This document shows positions 13,756-27,923 of a stretch of 64,000 nucleotides of DNA, in pieces (position 1 is the stretch's first letter; every line of letters starts with the position of its first letter). Source of the DNA: Octopus vulgaris (Eukaryota); the NCBI GenBank assembly GCA_951406725.2, contig OX597839.1, positions 19,096,001 to 19,160,000 of the forward strand, given 5' to 3'. A program made the position numbers and the translations under genes. Below the pieces are notes generated by a model, which did no database searches, was not told where the DNA came from, and was given only the letters and a program-made list of their open reading frames with translations.

Positions 13756-14295
13756 TGGAACATATTACATTCTGAAGGAATATCAATATAAACAACCAGT
13801 TGATACGTTAAGCAAAAATATTTAAATAGTTTCAAAATGCAGAAGTAAGATTATAATTAAATATTGTTTCTGTTGCTAATTATTATTTTTAAATAATAAA
13901 TGACAAATGGCTTATGTTAATGATAAATGACATCGCTTGACAACTGGGTATTCGCGACACCAGTGCCTGAGTAGACACTGAGACTTTATGTATATCGCTA
14001 GCAGTAAATTTGCTTGTATTTCCAGCCTTCATGAATCTGCCATTGACAAGTCCAAAGTAGGTCGAAATCAAGTAGTATGGTAGTCCCCGAGGCGGGGATA
14101 GCGGTGACATATCTCTCGTTAGCGATATAAACAAGAGTGCTCATATGCACCAAAAGCCCATGAGAGATGTTCTCTCACGGTAAGTTTCGCAGTATTCTGT
14201 GTTCTTATACATCTAATTTTTTTTAGGCAGTTTTTGCACTAAATTAAGTTTCACATTAAAGTACACATGCACGTATCTAGACATACAAGTGTGTG

Positions 14296-14367
<72 letters not shown>

Positions 14368-14719
14368 TATAAAAATTGCATATAAAGAAACAAGAACGTG
14401 AAATACACAAAGGGACGAACACAGAAAACAGACGGGTCATTCGAAGCCTTTAATCTTCAGTCAGAAACCGGATCATCATAGCAAATTTCGGCTGATTAAT
14501 TCTGATATTTGCTCCGACGCGGCCAGCCCCAAGGAAAAACCAAGCTGTGAGCATTAGATTTCTTGGAAAAAGGAACGAATGTAAACGCAACAAGGACAGA
14601 AAAACGGACGAAGCCACACGAATATAAATACAAAAAACGAAAACACAAATAAAAATAAAAACAAGAATGGTAATAACAGGATAACAGCAGGTGTCTTACG
14701 ACTTTAGACACATTGAGAC

Positions 14720-15310
14720 AAGGCGCAGGTGTGGCTATGTAGTAAAAGCTTGCTTCCCTACCACATAGTTCCAGGATCAGTCCCACTGCGTGACACCTTG
14801 AGCAAGTGTCTTCTGCTTTGGCCGACCAAAGCCTTGTGAGTGGATTTAGTAGACAGAAACTGAAAGAAGGCGGTGAGCTGGCAGAAACGTTAGCACACAG
14901 GGCGAAATGCTTAGCGGTATTTCGTCTGCCCTTACGTTCTGAGTTCAAATTCTGCTGAGGTCGACGTTGCCTTTCATCCTTTCGAGGGTCGATAAATTAA
15001 GTACCAGTTACGCACTGGGGTCGATATAATCGATTTAATCCCTTTGCCTGTCCTTGTTTATCCCCTTTATGTTTAGCCCCTTGTGGGCAATAAAGAAATA
15101 AGAATATGAAAGAATCCCGTCGAACACACACCATCGCTTGACAACTGATGTTGGTGTGTTTAAGTCCCCGTAACTTAGCGGTTCAGCATAAGTGACCGAT
15201 AGAATCAGTATTAGGTGTACAAACAATAAGTTCTGGGGTCGATTTGTTAGACTAAAGGCGATGCTCCAGCATGGCTGCAGTCAAATGATTGTATCAAGTA
15301 AAAGAATAAA
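14720..15310 (+). mobile_element. SINE B interrupted by a full SINE A (14869-15106)
   Basis: SINE B resumes after the insert; TGAAAGAA on both sides (14861-14868, 15107-15114) is a likely TSD. Confidence 0.85.
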
Positions 15311-15616
15311 AGCATATATAAGTATATGAATATGGTGGTTGTTGTTTACTCCTTATGCGAAGTTTGACCATCTCCTGTACCTACATCTTAGAACCATCAT
15401 GGCATCTGATGTGGCTTTTTAAACCAGACAATGTTCTGAAAAGACACCTACATAGATTTCAAATCCGATTTGGACCACCAAGAGCTGCAGATTAGTTTTG
15501 ATCTTTGAGGACCTTAAAATGAATTTTTGGGGGGCCTCCCGTTAAATGGGGAAACCTTCTGGCATACATTGCATTCAAAGATGTGCACAGACGTAGAGGC
15601 AGAATATATATAAGAC

Positions 15617-16213
15617 AGAGAGCTGGCAGAATCGTTAGCACGACGGGCGAAATGCTTTGTGGTATTTCGTCTGCCGTTACGCTCTGAGTTCAAATTCCGC
15701 CGAGGTCGACTTTGCCTTTCATCCTTTCGGGGTCGATGAATTAAGTAACAGTTGCACACTGGGGTCGATATAATCGACAATCCCTTTGTCTGTCCTTGTA
15801 TGTCCCCTCTATGCTTAGCCCCTTGTGGGTAATAAAGAAATAGGTATTTCGTCTGCAGTTACGTTCTGAGTTCAAATTTCCGCCGAGGTCGAATTTACCT
15901 TTCATCCTTTCGGGGTCGATTAAATAAGTACCAGTTACACACTGGGTTCGATATAATCGACTTAATCCGTTTGTCTGTCCTTGTTTGTCCTCTCTGTGTT
16001 TAGCCCCTTGTGAGTAGTAAAGAAATAGGTATTTCATCTGCCGCTACGTTCTGAGTTCAAATTCCAGCGAGGTCGACTTTGTCTTTCATCCTTTCGCGGT
16101 CGATAAATTAAGAACCGGTTACACGCTGGGGTCGATGTAATCGACAATCCCTTTGTCTGTGTTTGTATGTCCCCTCTATCTTTGGCTCCTTGTGGGCAAT
16201 AAAGAAATAAGAA
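15617..16213 (+). mobile_element. SINE family A trimer (one head plus three ~183-bp bodies)
   Basis: GGTATTTC restarts at 15661, 15843 and 16028. Confidence 0.88.
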
Positions 16214-16434
16214 TGTATATATAAAACAAAACCAGCACATCTGCCCATGATCTACTAACTCCTAAATTTTTACACATAATACATACATGCTCAACCTCCC
16301 TGTTGATGTTGTTAAAATTCCAACTGAGGATCGTTGGATCAAGGGATAGAAACGGGTGGGTTCTAGAAATCTAGAAAGGAATCTAAATAATAAGATACAT
16401 ACACTTACATATTTCATTTCTACGTACATACATG

Positions 16435-17262
16435 AACATGATGATGATGATGATGATCATCATCATCATCGTCGGCGTCGTCAATAACTTTCTCTGAACT
16501 TCCTCACCATCATCATCGTCATCATGATCATGATGACCATCATCCTCGTCATAATGATGATGGTCATCATCATCATCATCACCGCCCCCTCCTACTCACC
16601 ATCTCCCCCCCCCCCATCTTCCTACTTCTGATCATCATCACAGTTTTAATCAGATTTATCCTATACTGAAAGCGAAAGCCACTACATTCACCACACTCAA
16701 CCCGACCACACACATCACCGCCGACACCAGCAGCACCATCACCATCAACACCACCAACACCATCGCCTCTAGCAACAGCAGCAGTGACACGACGATGACT
16801 ACCACTGCCACCACCACCACCAAAAACAACGACAATGCTGTTGTCGCCGGCGCCGACGAAGACCACGCTATCAGAATGAAAATTAGCATCATCCTCGTTG
16901 CTATCATCGTTAGCATCGCTACCGCCATTGTTTCAGGAAGCACCAGCACCTTCACCATCACCACAACCACCTCCACGACCATCACAACCGACACCCCCAC
17001 CACCTATACAACCGCTACTTACAAAACCACTACATACACCACCACCAACAAGAACAACACCATCACCACCACCATCAACACCACTACCAACAACACACCA
17101 TCACCACCACCACCACCACCACCACCACCACCACCACCACCACCACCAGAAACATCACCACTACCATCATCACCACCACTACAACCACCATCTCCACCAT
17201 CATCACCATCACCACCACCACCACCATCATCACCACCATCACCACCACCACCACCACCACCA
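16435..17262. repeat. (ATC)n/(ACC)n degenerate trinucleotide tract
   Basis: Directly visible; source of poly-P/H/T ORFs. Confidence 0.9.
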
Positions 17263-17871
17263 CTATCCCCCGTATCAGCAGCATAATCACTTAAAATGAT
17301 ATTACGTGGACATAAATAACAACAACGCCATCACCTATGCATACCCTCGCCGCCATACATTGACACATACATATATACATACACAATCACATACATCTAC
17401 AGTCATACATAAATACATACATACATACATACATACATACATACATGCATACGACTACCGTACACACAGAGACATACACACAAGTGGAAGTGGAGAAGAT
17501 CAAGTGTGACGATAGCGGATATTTATGGTTTCTGAATAAATAAGGATTTGCTGTATCGATTATTATACACACACACACACACACACATCCTCACACATAC
17601 ACGCCCTCACACACGAGCGCGCATACACATATACACACATATATAAACATACCCTCACATTTACTGACAGTGACACATATGAACGTATGCATTGTGGCTT
17701 GTCAATCTATGTATGAGTGTATATATGTATGAGTATATATATATATATATACACATACATATATATACACACATATATATTTGTAAATCTGGTATATATA
17801 TATATGTATATATTTATATGTATATATATATGCATATATAAATGTATATATATATATATATATATATATAA

Positions 17872-17916
<45 letters not shown>

Positions 17917-18013
17917 AATGTATATATATATATATATATATTTGTAAATCTGATATATATATCGATATGTGTATATATATATATATTTGTAAATCTATAT
18001 ATATATTTGTAAA

Positions 18014-18055
<42 letters not shown>

Positions 18056-18309
18056 GAATATATATATGTAATATATATTTGTAACTCTGGTGTACGATAT
18101 AAATATAATATAAAATCCGTGTGTATGTATATGTGTGTAAGTGTGTAAGTGTGTGCGTGTGCATGTGTGTGTTTGTAAGTCTGTATATATGAATGTATAT
18201 AAAAAGAAACCGGAAGCTCTAAAAAGCAGAGCAACAAAAGCTAAGAGTATTGTATAATAAAGCAGTAACAATAAAAATATTTAAAAAAAATAATATCGAA
18301 TACCAGCAA

Positions 18310-18322
18310 AAATAACAACAAC

Positions 18323-18386
<64 letters not shown>

Positions 18387-18498
18387 TCGATGATGATAAT
18401 AATAATAATGATGATGATGACGTTAATAATGATGTTGATGACGATGATGATGATCATATTAAATATGAATAACTATGCTACTGCTATTACTGGGGTTA

Positions 18499-18550
<52 letters not shown>

Positions 18551-18843
18551 AGCTACTACTACTCGTAGTATAAGAATTAATAATAATAATAATAATAATA
18601 ATGATAATAATAATAACAATAATAATAATAACAATAATAATAATTGAAATGGTGGTAACTATAGCAATAATAATAACAACATTAAGTATAATAGACATAG
18701 CATTGAAATCATCATCATAATAATAATAATAGTAAAAATAACAATAATAATAACAACAATAACAACAACAACAAAAATAATAAAGATGGTGACGGTGATG
18801 ATGATCATGATAATGATAAATATCAATAACATCATTATTATTA

Positions 18844-18878
<35 letters not shown>

Positions 18879-18904
18879 AAATAACAACTACAATAATACT
18901 GATA

Positions 18905-18956
<52 letters not shown>

Positions 18957-18982
18957 TAATAATAATTATCAATAATATTATT
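18310..18982. repeat. (AAT)n/(ATG)n/(ACT)n/(ATT)n compound tract
   Basis: Directly visible. Confidence 0.9.
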
Positions 18983-19118
18983 AGTGTAATCACGATAGTG
19001 TTTTTCTCCTGGTAACGATAGCATTAGCTGAAATAATAAATGGCCACGCAACATAAATTATATGAATCAAAACCATAAGATGGATAACTTTTTATTGTTG
19101 TTGATGTTGCGCTCGTGC

Positions 19119-19166
<48 letters not shown>

Positions 19167-19439
19167 ATCAGAAATATAGGGAAGAGAAGAGAGAAAGAGG
19201 GAGGGAGAGGTGGAGGTGGATGTCGGAGTGGCTGCGTTACCTGACAGGAATGGCTTGAATGATTCCATGTGATTCGAAATTGATGTTGTCAGGGAAAGAA
19301 TTCCTAGGATATTATGTGTCGCCATCGGTATGTGGTTTCGGATTCCGACAGTGTTTTTTTTCTTTTTTGTTTTTGTCGGGGTGGGGCAACTAAGCCATCA
19401 TACACGATGAGAAGATCGCGAAGGACTCTCAAGAGAACA

Positions 19440-19636
19440 TGTCATCATCATCATCATTATTAATATTATTAATATATTATTGTTATTATTATTATAATTC
19501 TTATTATTATTATTAATATATTATTGATATTAGTGTTGGTATTATTACTATTATTTTTATATTATTGTTGTTATTATTATCATTATTATCCTTATTATTA
19601 ATACATTATTGTTTTATTATTATTATTATTATATTA

Positions 19637-19674
<38 letters not shown>

Positions 19675-19754
19675 ATATTATTGTTATTATTATAATTATT
19701 ATTGTTATTATTATTATATTATTGTTATTATTATCATTAATATATTATTATTAC

Positions 19755-19800
<46 letters not shown>

Positions 19801-19858
19801 ACTATTATTGTTATTATTATTATTATCACTATTATTATTATTATTATTATTATTATTA
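19440..19858. repeat. (ATT)n tract
   Basis: Directly visible. Confidence 0.9.
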
Positions 19859-20345
19859 TGGCAGTGAGCTGGCAGAATCATTACCATGGCAGGCAAAATG
19901 CTTAGCTTCATTTCATCTGTCTTTACGTTCTGAGTTCAAATTCTGCCAAGGTCGACTTTGCCTTTCATCCTTTCGCGGACGATAAATTAAGTACCAATTA
20001 TGCACTGGGGTCGCTGTAATCGACTGGGCCCCCTTCCCCAAAATTTTAACTTTCTGCCTGTTATAAAAAGAATAATAATAATAATAATAATATTTATTAT
20101 TATTATTATTATTATTACATAAATAATGCTGTAAGCTAGCAGAATGATTAGCATGCCGGACAAAATGCTTAGCTGCATTTAATCTGTGTTTATGGTCTGA
20201 GTTCAAATACCGCTGAGGTCGACTTTGCCTTTTCATCCTCTCTGTGTGGAGAAAGTATGTAGCAGTGGACTACTGGATCAGTAAAACCATGTTGTCCCTT
20301 TCCCTAAAAAAATTTGGGACCCAGTGCCAACACTAGAAATATCTA
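19859..20345 (+). mobile_element. Two SINE A-type copies with alternative tail (type 2)
   Basis: Same head and core, but after GTAATCGAC continue CCCCTTCCCCAAAATTT...; copies at 19859-20075 and ~20127-20345; also ~48630-48845. Confidence 0.7.
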
Positions 20346-20639
20346 ATATTCTTCTTGAATCCTTGTAAGTCACCATGGCATGTGGAAAGACAGATTTCCA
20401 CAGCTGACGTTCTGAGAATTAAGAATTCGCTATAGCACTCGGTTCAGAATAACAGCCAAATCGATCTTTAGTTAAAACCTTAAGCTTTTCGATGGTCATG
20501 GATAAAAATATGCTCTTCCTGGACATGCTCAGAGACAATTTCGGGGTAAATCAATAATTTTTGAGATTCCGAGATGTTTACAAGTATAGGTAATATGTTT
20601 CGAAAATTGCTCTGAATGAGACCAACCTCATCAACATGC

Positions 20640-20826
20640 ATGACCTCGTGTGTACCGTTGGCGATTTTTTTCCTGTCTTCCCTTCTCTGGATCTTTCCTT
20701 CTCCTATGTTTCAGACGAAGAGCTCCGCTCGAAACGTTAAACCCTCCTTCTTTCCTGAGCGTCCAATAATACTATATTTGTTCCACGTCCTCGCGTTGTG
20801 TTTTTTTGTGTTTTCTTGTTTGGATT

Positions 20827-20830
<4 letters not shown>
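20640..20830 (+). mobile_element. Short hammerhead-bearing element, family H2 (motif 20708-20742, core mutated to CAGACGA)
   Basis: Homologous to 54597-54810; ends in (TA)n. Confidence 0.65.
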
Positions 20831-20867
<37 letters not shown>

Positions 20868-20872
<5 letters not shown>

Positions 20873-21429
20873 GAGGGAGATAAAGCCCTGCCAATATACA
20901 CATATATTAGAATTTTCTCTGACTTCTCAGATTTTTTGTATGCTAGACTACTGGTTTTAAATTGGTATTAAGATTAATATTAATTTATCTCCCTCATTAT
21001 TTAAATATTGAAATAAATACGTTCTCTAGTAGTAAGCACTAACCGCAGTGAATTATTTACTGCAGCCCTTCGCTTCACGAATTTCTTAGCGCGCCAGAAC
21101 CAAGACATTTGAAATTTTATCCCTAATGCAATCGGTAAAACTAAGCACGTGTCTGTCTTGGCACGGAAGGCTGGGGTTAGTTTTGTAGTTTACATTTACA
21201 ATGAACGAATGCACTGATGAAGCACGGACATTTGAATTAGGTAAGTAATTCTTTTGTTAAAGGCCGAAACCGAGGTATTCTGTTTTTTATATAAATTTTC
21301 ATCTGTCCTGCCCGCCAAATTTGGTTCTGGTGTTCGCTGAATTTTTCCTCTAGAGAATTCCTTTGTAGTTTGATCGTTGATGATCTGTTTCTAGCATACG
21401 GCCGACTTCCTAGCAGTCAAGCCCTGCCA

Positions 21430-21434
<5 letters not shown>
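20868..21434 (+). mobile_element. (TA)n-flanked element with long-stem-II hammerhead-like motif (~21210-21282)
   Basis: CTGATGA(21214)...GGCC-GAAA-CCGAGG-TA; 17-bp inverted repeat 20868-20884/20984-21000; 16-bp direct repeat 20883-20898/21419-21434. Stem I pairs poorly. Confidence 0.5.
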
Positions 21435-21513
<79 letters not shown>

Positions 21514-22049
21514 TAAATTTGAGTAATGCTTCTCATTCCGTTACGTTTTTATGTTCGTTAATTGCTGCTAGACCGTTGGGGCAAGGACCACAGAACGCGA
21601 ACCAGCAATTCCCTTAATCTCAGAGACTGTTGAAACGGGGCCTATTTCTTTTAAGTACCGCCTAATTGGGGCCCCACTGAAGACCTATTTTTACTGCGTT
21701 TTAAACAAAATACATGGCTTTGGCGACTAAATCTGAACAACCACAATGAATTTCATACCATGAACTCCTAGGGAATACCGTAAGGAGGTTCAATTTCTCA
21801 AGGGCCGTTTAAATGGGGCCCCACTGCCCTCTCCCCCTATTTTTACTGCATTTACCTCATTCCTACGCTTATTAATTAAACTATAATAAGCATTAGTGCT
21901 TAGTACATTTGCAGAAATAAGTTAAGGCATCCTAAATACCATCACGTGCATTCAAATCAAGATAAAAAGTTATAACAGGTACGTTTCAAGTGTGGTAGTG
22001 TGGATATTTATATTTTATAGTCTTATGAAACTTATGTCTGGTATATAAT

Positions 22050-22390
22050 TAAATAATAAGGGTAGAAATTGATATTAATCAATTAAAACCAGTGTCTTAG
22101 CATATTTAAAAAATCTGAAGATTAAAAATTGTGTTACATACAAAACTAAGAGGAATGACCACTAAAGTGGACATCTAATGTGCTAAACAAAAGCGCCATT
22201 ACCACGAAGAATGTGTTCTCAAGAAAAATCTCAGCAAAACGCCAAAATGTAAAAAGTTTTACATTTTGGCGTTTTGCTGAGATTTTTCTTAAGAACATAT
22301 TCTTCGTGGTAATAGCGATTTGATGTCTATGTTTAGCATATTAAGTGTCCACTTTTTTGTAGTCATTCCTTTTAATTTTGTGTGTGTATA
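22050..22390. repeat. Long hairpin centred at ~22255, related to 39721-39903
   Basis: ...CTCAGCAAAACGCCAAAATGTAAAA-AG-TTTTACATTTTGGCGTTTTGCTGAG...; arms extend imperfectly for over 100 bp. Confidence 0.85.
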
Positions 22391-22428
22391 CATAAGTATA
22401 TATATATATGTATACACATATATATATA

Positions 22429-22940
22429 CTAGCAGTATCGCCTGGCGTTGCTCGGGTTTGTAAGGGAAATAACTATATAAGCATTTTTAGAGAGTTACTT
22501 CCCTTATAGATGCCAATTCGGGCTTTCTTAGCCATTTCTGTTTTGGTGTCTTCAAGCCATGAAGTCATTGTTCTAAAAGAACGCTGGTCTCCTTGACAAC
22601 GCTTTACGACGTTGATTTCCTTACACTCCTTCCCCACAGCTTCACGAGGGAGGGAAGAAGGGGGAGAAGCAAACAGGTGCAGTTGTGACCATGGACGCCA
22701 ACTCCGCCGCCATCGACACACGAAAAAATATGCATTAAAATGGAATAAAAAATTATGTTAAATTATTTTAAAAATCGTAGACTCATCGTAGACGCGCGCT
22801 AATACTCAGACGGGCTCGATATGAATCACGACTATAAAATACCCGAATTTGGTTAAACTGCACTGCAAAATATGAGAGTAGTTAGGAATCTAAATCGAAG
22901 GGGACAGACACTCACACAACTACAGTTTTATATATATAGA
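22429..22940 (-). mobile_element. Non-autonomous Helitron
   Basis: Minus strand 5' TC, 3' CTAG, GC-rich subterminal hairpin, A|T insertion site; near-identical to 57837-58348. Confidence 0.8.
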
Positions 22941-23191
22941 TATATATGTATGTATATCTTAGGAAAATCAGAGAAGGTAGAAAATGGTAAAGTCATTTAT
23001 TCATGAAGAACATTTTTGTACCGGTTTCAATTATTGCGACTAAAATATGAAGAACAAATGAAGGAAAAATTAAATGAAATATTAAAAAAATCATTTCCAT
23101 ACTTTTCCGAATTTAAGGGACATTTTCCTTTTTTTCTGCCTGTCTCTCTCTTTTAACTCCTGTGGGTTCTACGTAGTTAGATGAAGCTAGT

Positions 23192-23252
<61 letters not shown>

Positions 23253-23253
23253 T

Positions 23254-23540
23254 CAATTAAGGGCTCCTAAATTAGGATGCCGAGTGCTGCTGTGGTTTGC
23301 TAGAAATAGGCAGAAACTGATCAGTCCGAGATGTAAAGTTATCGGTAAACGTTTTTGATTTTCACTCTCGATAAGTTCATCCCCTTTCTGTTCCCAGCAC
23401 TCGGCATCCTAATTTAGGAGCCCTTAATTGTATTTCTACATGAACAATATTTTTCTATATGAATAATATTTTGTCTAACGACTAATTCGTCTTTTGTGCT
23501 TGGCACCTGGTAGTAACAAATATTACTACCCCTCTTGTTT
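23254..23540. mobile_element. (TA)n-flanked element with perfect 36-bp inverted repeat and 3' extension
   Basis: 23254-23289 is the exact reverse complement of 23395-23430. Confidence 0.65.
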
Positions 23541-24020
23541 ATATATATATATATATACCTGTGTCCATCATTGAAGAACATTTTACAGGATCAAAGAAGC
23601 AGTCCTTAATATACTTGCTTTATGAGCATTTTCACAAACGCAATAGTTCTTGTTAATTCTGAACCCTGTGTATTTTTAGGAGATTTTGAAATATGAACTA
23701 TAACTTTTGTTTTCAAAGCAAGTCACTCGTTGAGTGAAATAAGTATCTACGTGAAACAAGTTTGTCAACAAATGAGTTCGACTTCATTGAATTGTTTTAG
23801 AAATATTAGTGACATTGGCTGAATGGCTTCTATCATTATACAAAAATACGAATTAACTCTATATTCGTTATGTTGAATGCAAGCTACTTTGACATATGAA
23901 ACTTACTTGATCTTTGCATACATGCATGCATGTGTGTGTGCGTAGGTGTATATGTGTGTGATTGTCCGAGGTGGGTTTGATCGTAAGTGTATGTATATAT
24001 GTATCAGTATCTGTCTATAC

Positions 24021-24062
<42 letters not shown>

Positions 24063-24192
24063 TTGTATATACAAATACGAATCAGAAAGCAGCAATAAAA
24101 TAAAGTGGAAAGTATATAATGATTGAAGATAGATGTGCATGTAGAGTACATGAGTGTATATATATATATATGTATTGAACCTATGTTTGTGA

Positions 24193-24226
<34 letters not shown>

Positions 24227-26355
24227 CTTGTGATTAATGCTACAGTGTTATTTGTTCCATTTTCAGATAATTGCAACTTATTCAGTATAACTCTATCGCT
24301 GAATAATATCGATATCATCCGTCTCCATCTCTATCTCCTACTTCTTCTCAGACTCATCGTCATCATCATCATCATCATCGTCGTCGTCAGTCTCATTATC
24401 ATCATCTTCAATATTATCATCATCATCATCATCATAGTCTCATAATCATCATTATCATCTTCAGTCTCATTATCATCATCATCATCATCATAGTCTCATT
24501 ATCATCATCATCATCAACATCTTCAGTCTCATTATCATCATCATCATTGTCAGTCTCATAATCATCATCATTATCGTCAGTTTCATTATCATCATCATCA
24601 TCATCATCATTACCAACACGACCACCACCACCAACACACACACACCATCATCACTACCCGTGACACCACAACCTCTACCCTCCACACCAAAATCCTTATC
24701 ATCATCATCATCATCATCATCATCTAAACCATCATCACTATCATCATCATTACCTTCATCTCCATCCCGTCTCGTCCTCTTTCTTTTTTTAACCTTCCTC
24801 TTCCTCTACCCCCTTTCTTTCGATCTTGTTCCCGTTCCCCAAACCCTGCTCCATCTCCTCTCACACCCTCTACATTTTCCGCCTTTTTCTCCACATCTCA
24901 TTTTCATCATCATCATCAACATCAACATCATCATCATCATCATCATCTACATGATTATTAATATTATTAACATTATTATTAATCTGAGAGATTTTATATT
25001 TTTCATTAGCAAATTATTCGGATTGCTTATCGATAACTTTTTATTTCTGTTTCTCTTGTTGTTGTTATTGCTGTTGTTGTTGCAGTTGATGTTATTAATT
25101 TAATAACGAAACAACCATTATCTCGACTCCAGTTAATTTTATTCTTACACTAGGAATAAAAAAATAAATGGCATCGTGAAAATCCTGCAAGATTTTAATA
25201 GCAGTTTAGCATGCAAAATTATTATTCTGGTTTTACACAAACACCCACTCCTAAATTTCTACATACATACATACATACATACATACATACATACATACAC
25301 ACATACATACACACACACACACACATACATACATACATACATACATACATACATACATACATACATACATACATACATACATACATACATACACACACAC
25401 ACATACATACATACATATATACACAAACATATTTATGTACAGATACATAAATATATGTATATAAGCGTGTGTTTGTGTGTGTATATAAATGAATACATAT
25501 AAAGATATATACATACATAGATACACATACACACATACATATATATACACATGAATATATACATATATGCATGCTTACATATTTTCACATATTTTATGTA
25601 TGTTCACACATTCACACAAGCACAAATACAATACGTACGCACACATACATACACAAAAATATATTTGCATGTGTGTGTGTATTTCTATATATACATATAT
25701 ATATTTGTGTATATTTATATATATATATATTTGTATATATGTATATATATATTTGTATATATGTATATATATATATTTGTATATATGTATATATATTTCT
25801 ATATATATATATATATGTTTAAATGTATATAAATATATATATATATATGTATATATACACACATTCATGTACACACACAAACAACATTCCATATGCATAT
25901 ATATATATATATACACAGCCATATATAGGATAAATACTTATAGAAATATAAATTACACACACGCACATATATACGCATATGTGTACGAACATACACATTC
26001 CTATAACGTGTGTGCGTGTATATGCGTGTGTGTACTATTAATGTGATGTTCAATTTCAACATCGATATATTAAAAGAATCAAGAAATGCGTTAAAACCTG
26101 GCAAAAAACCGCAAATAAAACCAAAAGAAAACACTAGAAGTATTATCAATCAGTAAGATACGAAGCAGCGACGAATATCAACTGTAATGAGCAAAGATAT
26201 CAACAATAACAAATTCAATCTCCTGATATTGATATCAATATTAAGCAATACAGACAGCGACAAGACAAGCAGTCTTATTAACAACAATGGGAGTGAAGAT
26301 AACGTTGACAACGTAAGGGGTTATTAACGCCATAAATTCCAGATATTCCACCCGT

Positions 26356-26403
<48 letters not shown>

Positions 26404-26409
26404 CTTTTC

Positions 26410-26615
26410 TTTTATCTTTTAATTGTTTCAGTCATTTGACTGCGACCATGCTCGAGCACCGCCTTTAGTCGAGCAACTCGACCCCAGGACTTATTCTTTT
26501 GTAAGCCCAGTACTTATTTTATCGGTCTCTTTTGCCGAACCGCTAATTTACGGGTACATAAACACACCAGCATCGGTTGTCAAGCAATGCTAGGGGGACA
26601 AACACAGACACACAA

Positions 26616-26654
<39 letters not shown>

Positions 26655-26815
26655 CATATATACGACAGGCTTCTTTCAGTTTCCGTCTACCAAATCCACT
26701 CACAAGGCTTTGGTCGGCCCGAGGCTGTAGTAGAAGACACTTGCCCAAGGTGCCACGCAGTGGGACTGAACCCGGAACCATGTGGTTGGTAAACAAGCTA
26801 CTTACCACACAGCCA
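26410..26815 (-). mobile_element. SINE family B (a second, deleted copy follows at ~26855-27200)
   Basis: Reverse complement of family B tail, internal microsatellite and head. Confidence 0.85.
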
Positions 26816-27029
26816 CCTCTGATATATACAAATATATATATATATATAGTATTTTATTTGTTTCTGTCATTTGACTGCGGCCTTCCTGGAGTACCGCCTT
26901 TATTCGAACAAGTCAACCCCATGACTTATTCTTTGTAAGCCTAGTACTTATTCTATCGGTCTCTTTTTCCAAACCGCTAAGACGTAGACACACCAACAAA
27001 CACAGGCACACATACACACACACACCCAC

Positions 27030-27077
<48 letters not shown>

Positions 27078-27701
27078 GACGGGCTTTTTTCAGTTTCCGT
27101 CTACCAAATCCACTCACGAGGCTATAGTAGAAGACACTTGTCCAAGGTGCCATGCAGTGGGACTGAACCCGAAAGCACGGGGTTGGGAAGCAAGCTACTT
27201 GTCACTGGACTAGCCCCTCCCACAAAATTATTATTATTATCTACAACAGTTTGGTTCGGCTCATGCGACTTAAATTCTCGCAGGCTTCGTACAGAAGCCC
27301 AGCACCTTCGGGTCCAGATTACCGAATGAAAGGGATCAGGAAGTCCAAGATAGCTGCCGGAAAATACATACGCGTATTTCAGTTTCGGAACTGGGTCTCC
27401 AAGCACATACATAGCTATAAATAATAGCATGTAACATCGAAGGGTGACCGTGGGGCAGGAGATCACAACTTCTGTACACAATATTTAGATTATTTATGTG
27501 CTTCGAGATCTAGTTCCAAAATAGGAATAATTCATGTTCTCTAGAAAGGTGATAAATTCTTAAAAAAGGTTGACTGTGTGATAAAGAAGCTTGCTTCTCA
27601 ACCATATGGTCTTGAGTTCAATTCCTCTTCGCGGCACCGTGAGCAAATGTCTTCCACTAGAGCCATGTGACAACCAAAACCTTCTGAGTGGAATATATAC
27701 A

Positions 27702-27788
<87 letters not shown>

Positions 27789-27790
27789 GA

Positions 27791-27892
<102 letters not shown>

Positions 27893-27923
27893 CGTGTGTG
27901 TGTGTGTGTATATATATAGAAAA

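Noticed and set aside
16795-17299. Poly-Pro/Thr/His ORFs resembling extensin, mucin or a membrane protein
   Set aside because: (ACC)n/(ATC)n microsatellite open in multiple frames; no domain or convincing splice structure.
21568-22020. Possible Helitron-like element with internal TGGGGCCCCACTG repeats
   Set aside because: Single copy here and termini not clear enough to classify.
22197-22313. Hairpins as miRNA precursors
   Set aside because: No conserved mature miRNA recognised, and arms belong to dispersed repeat families.
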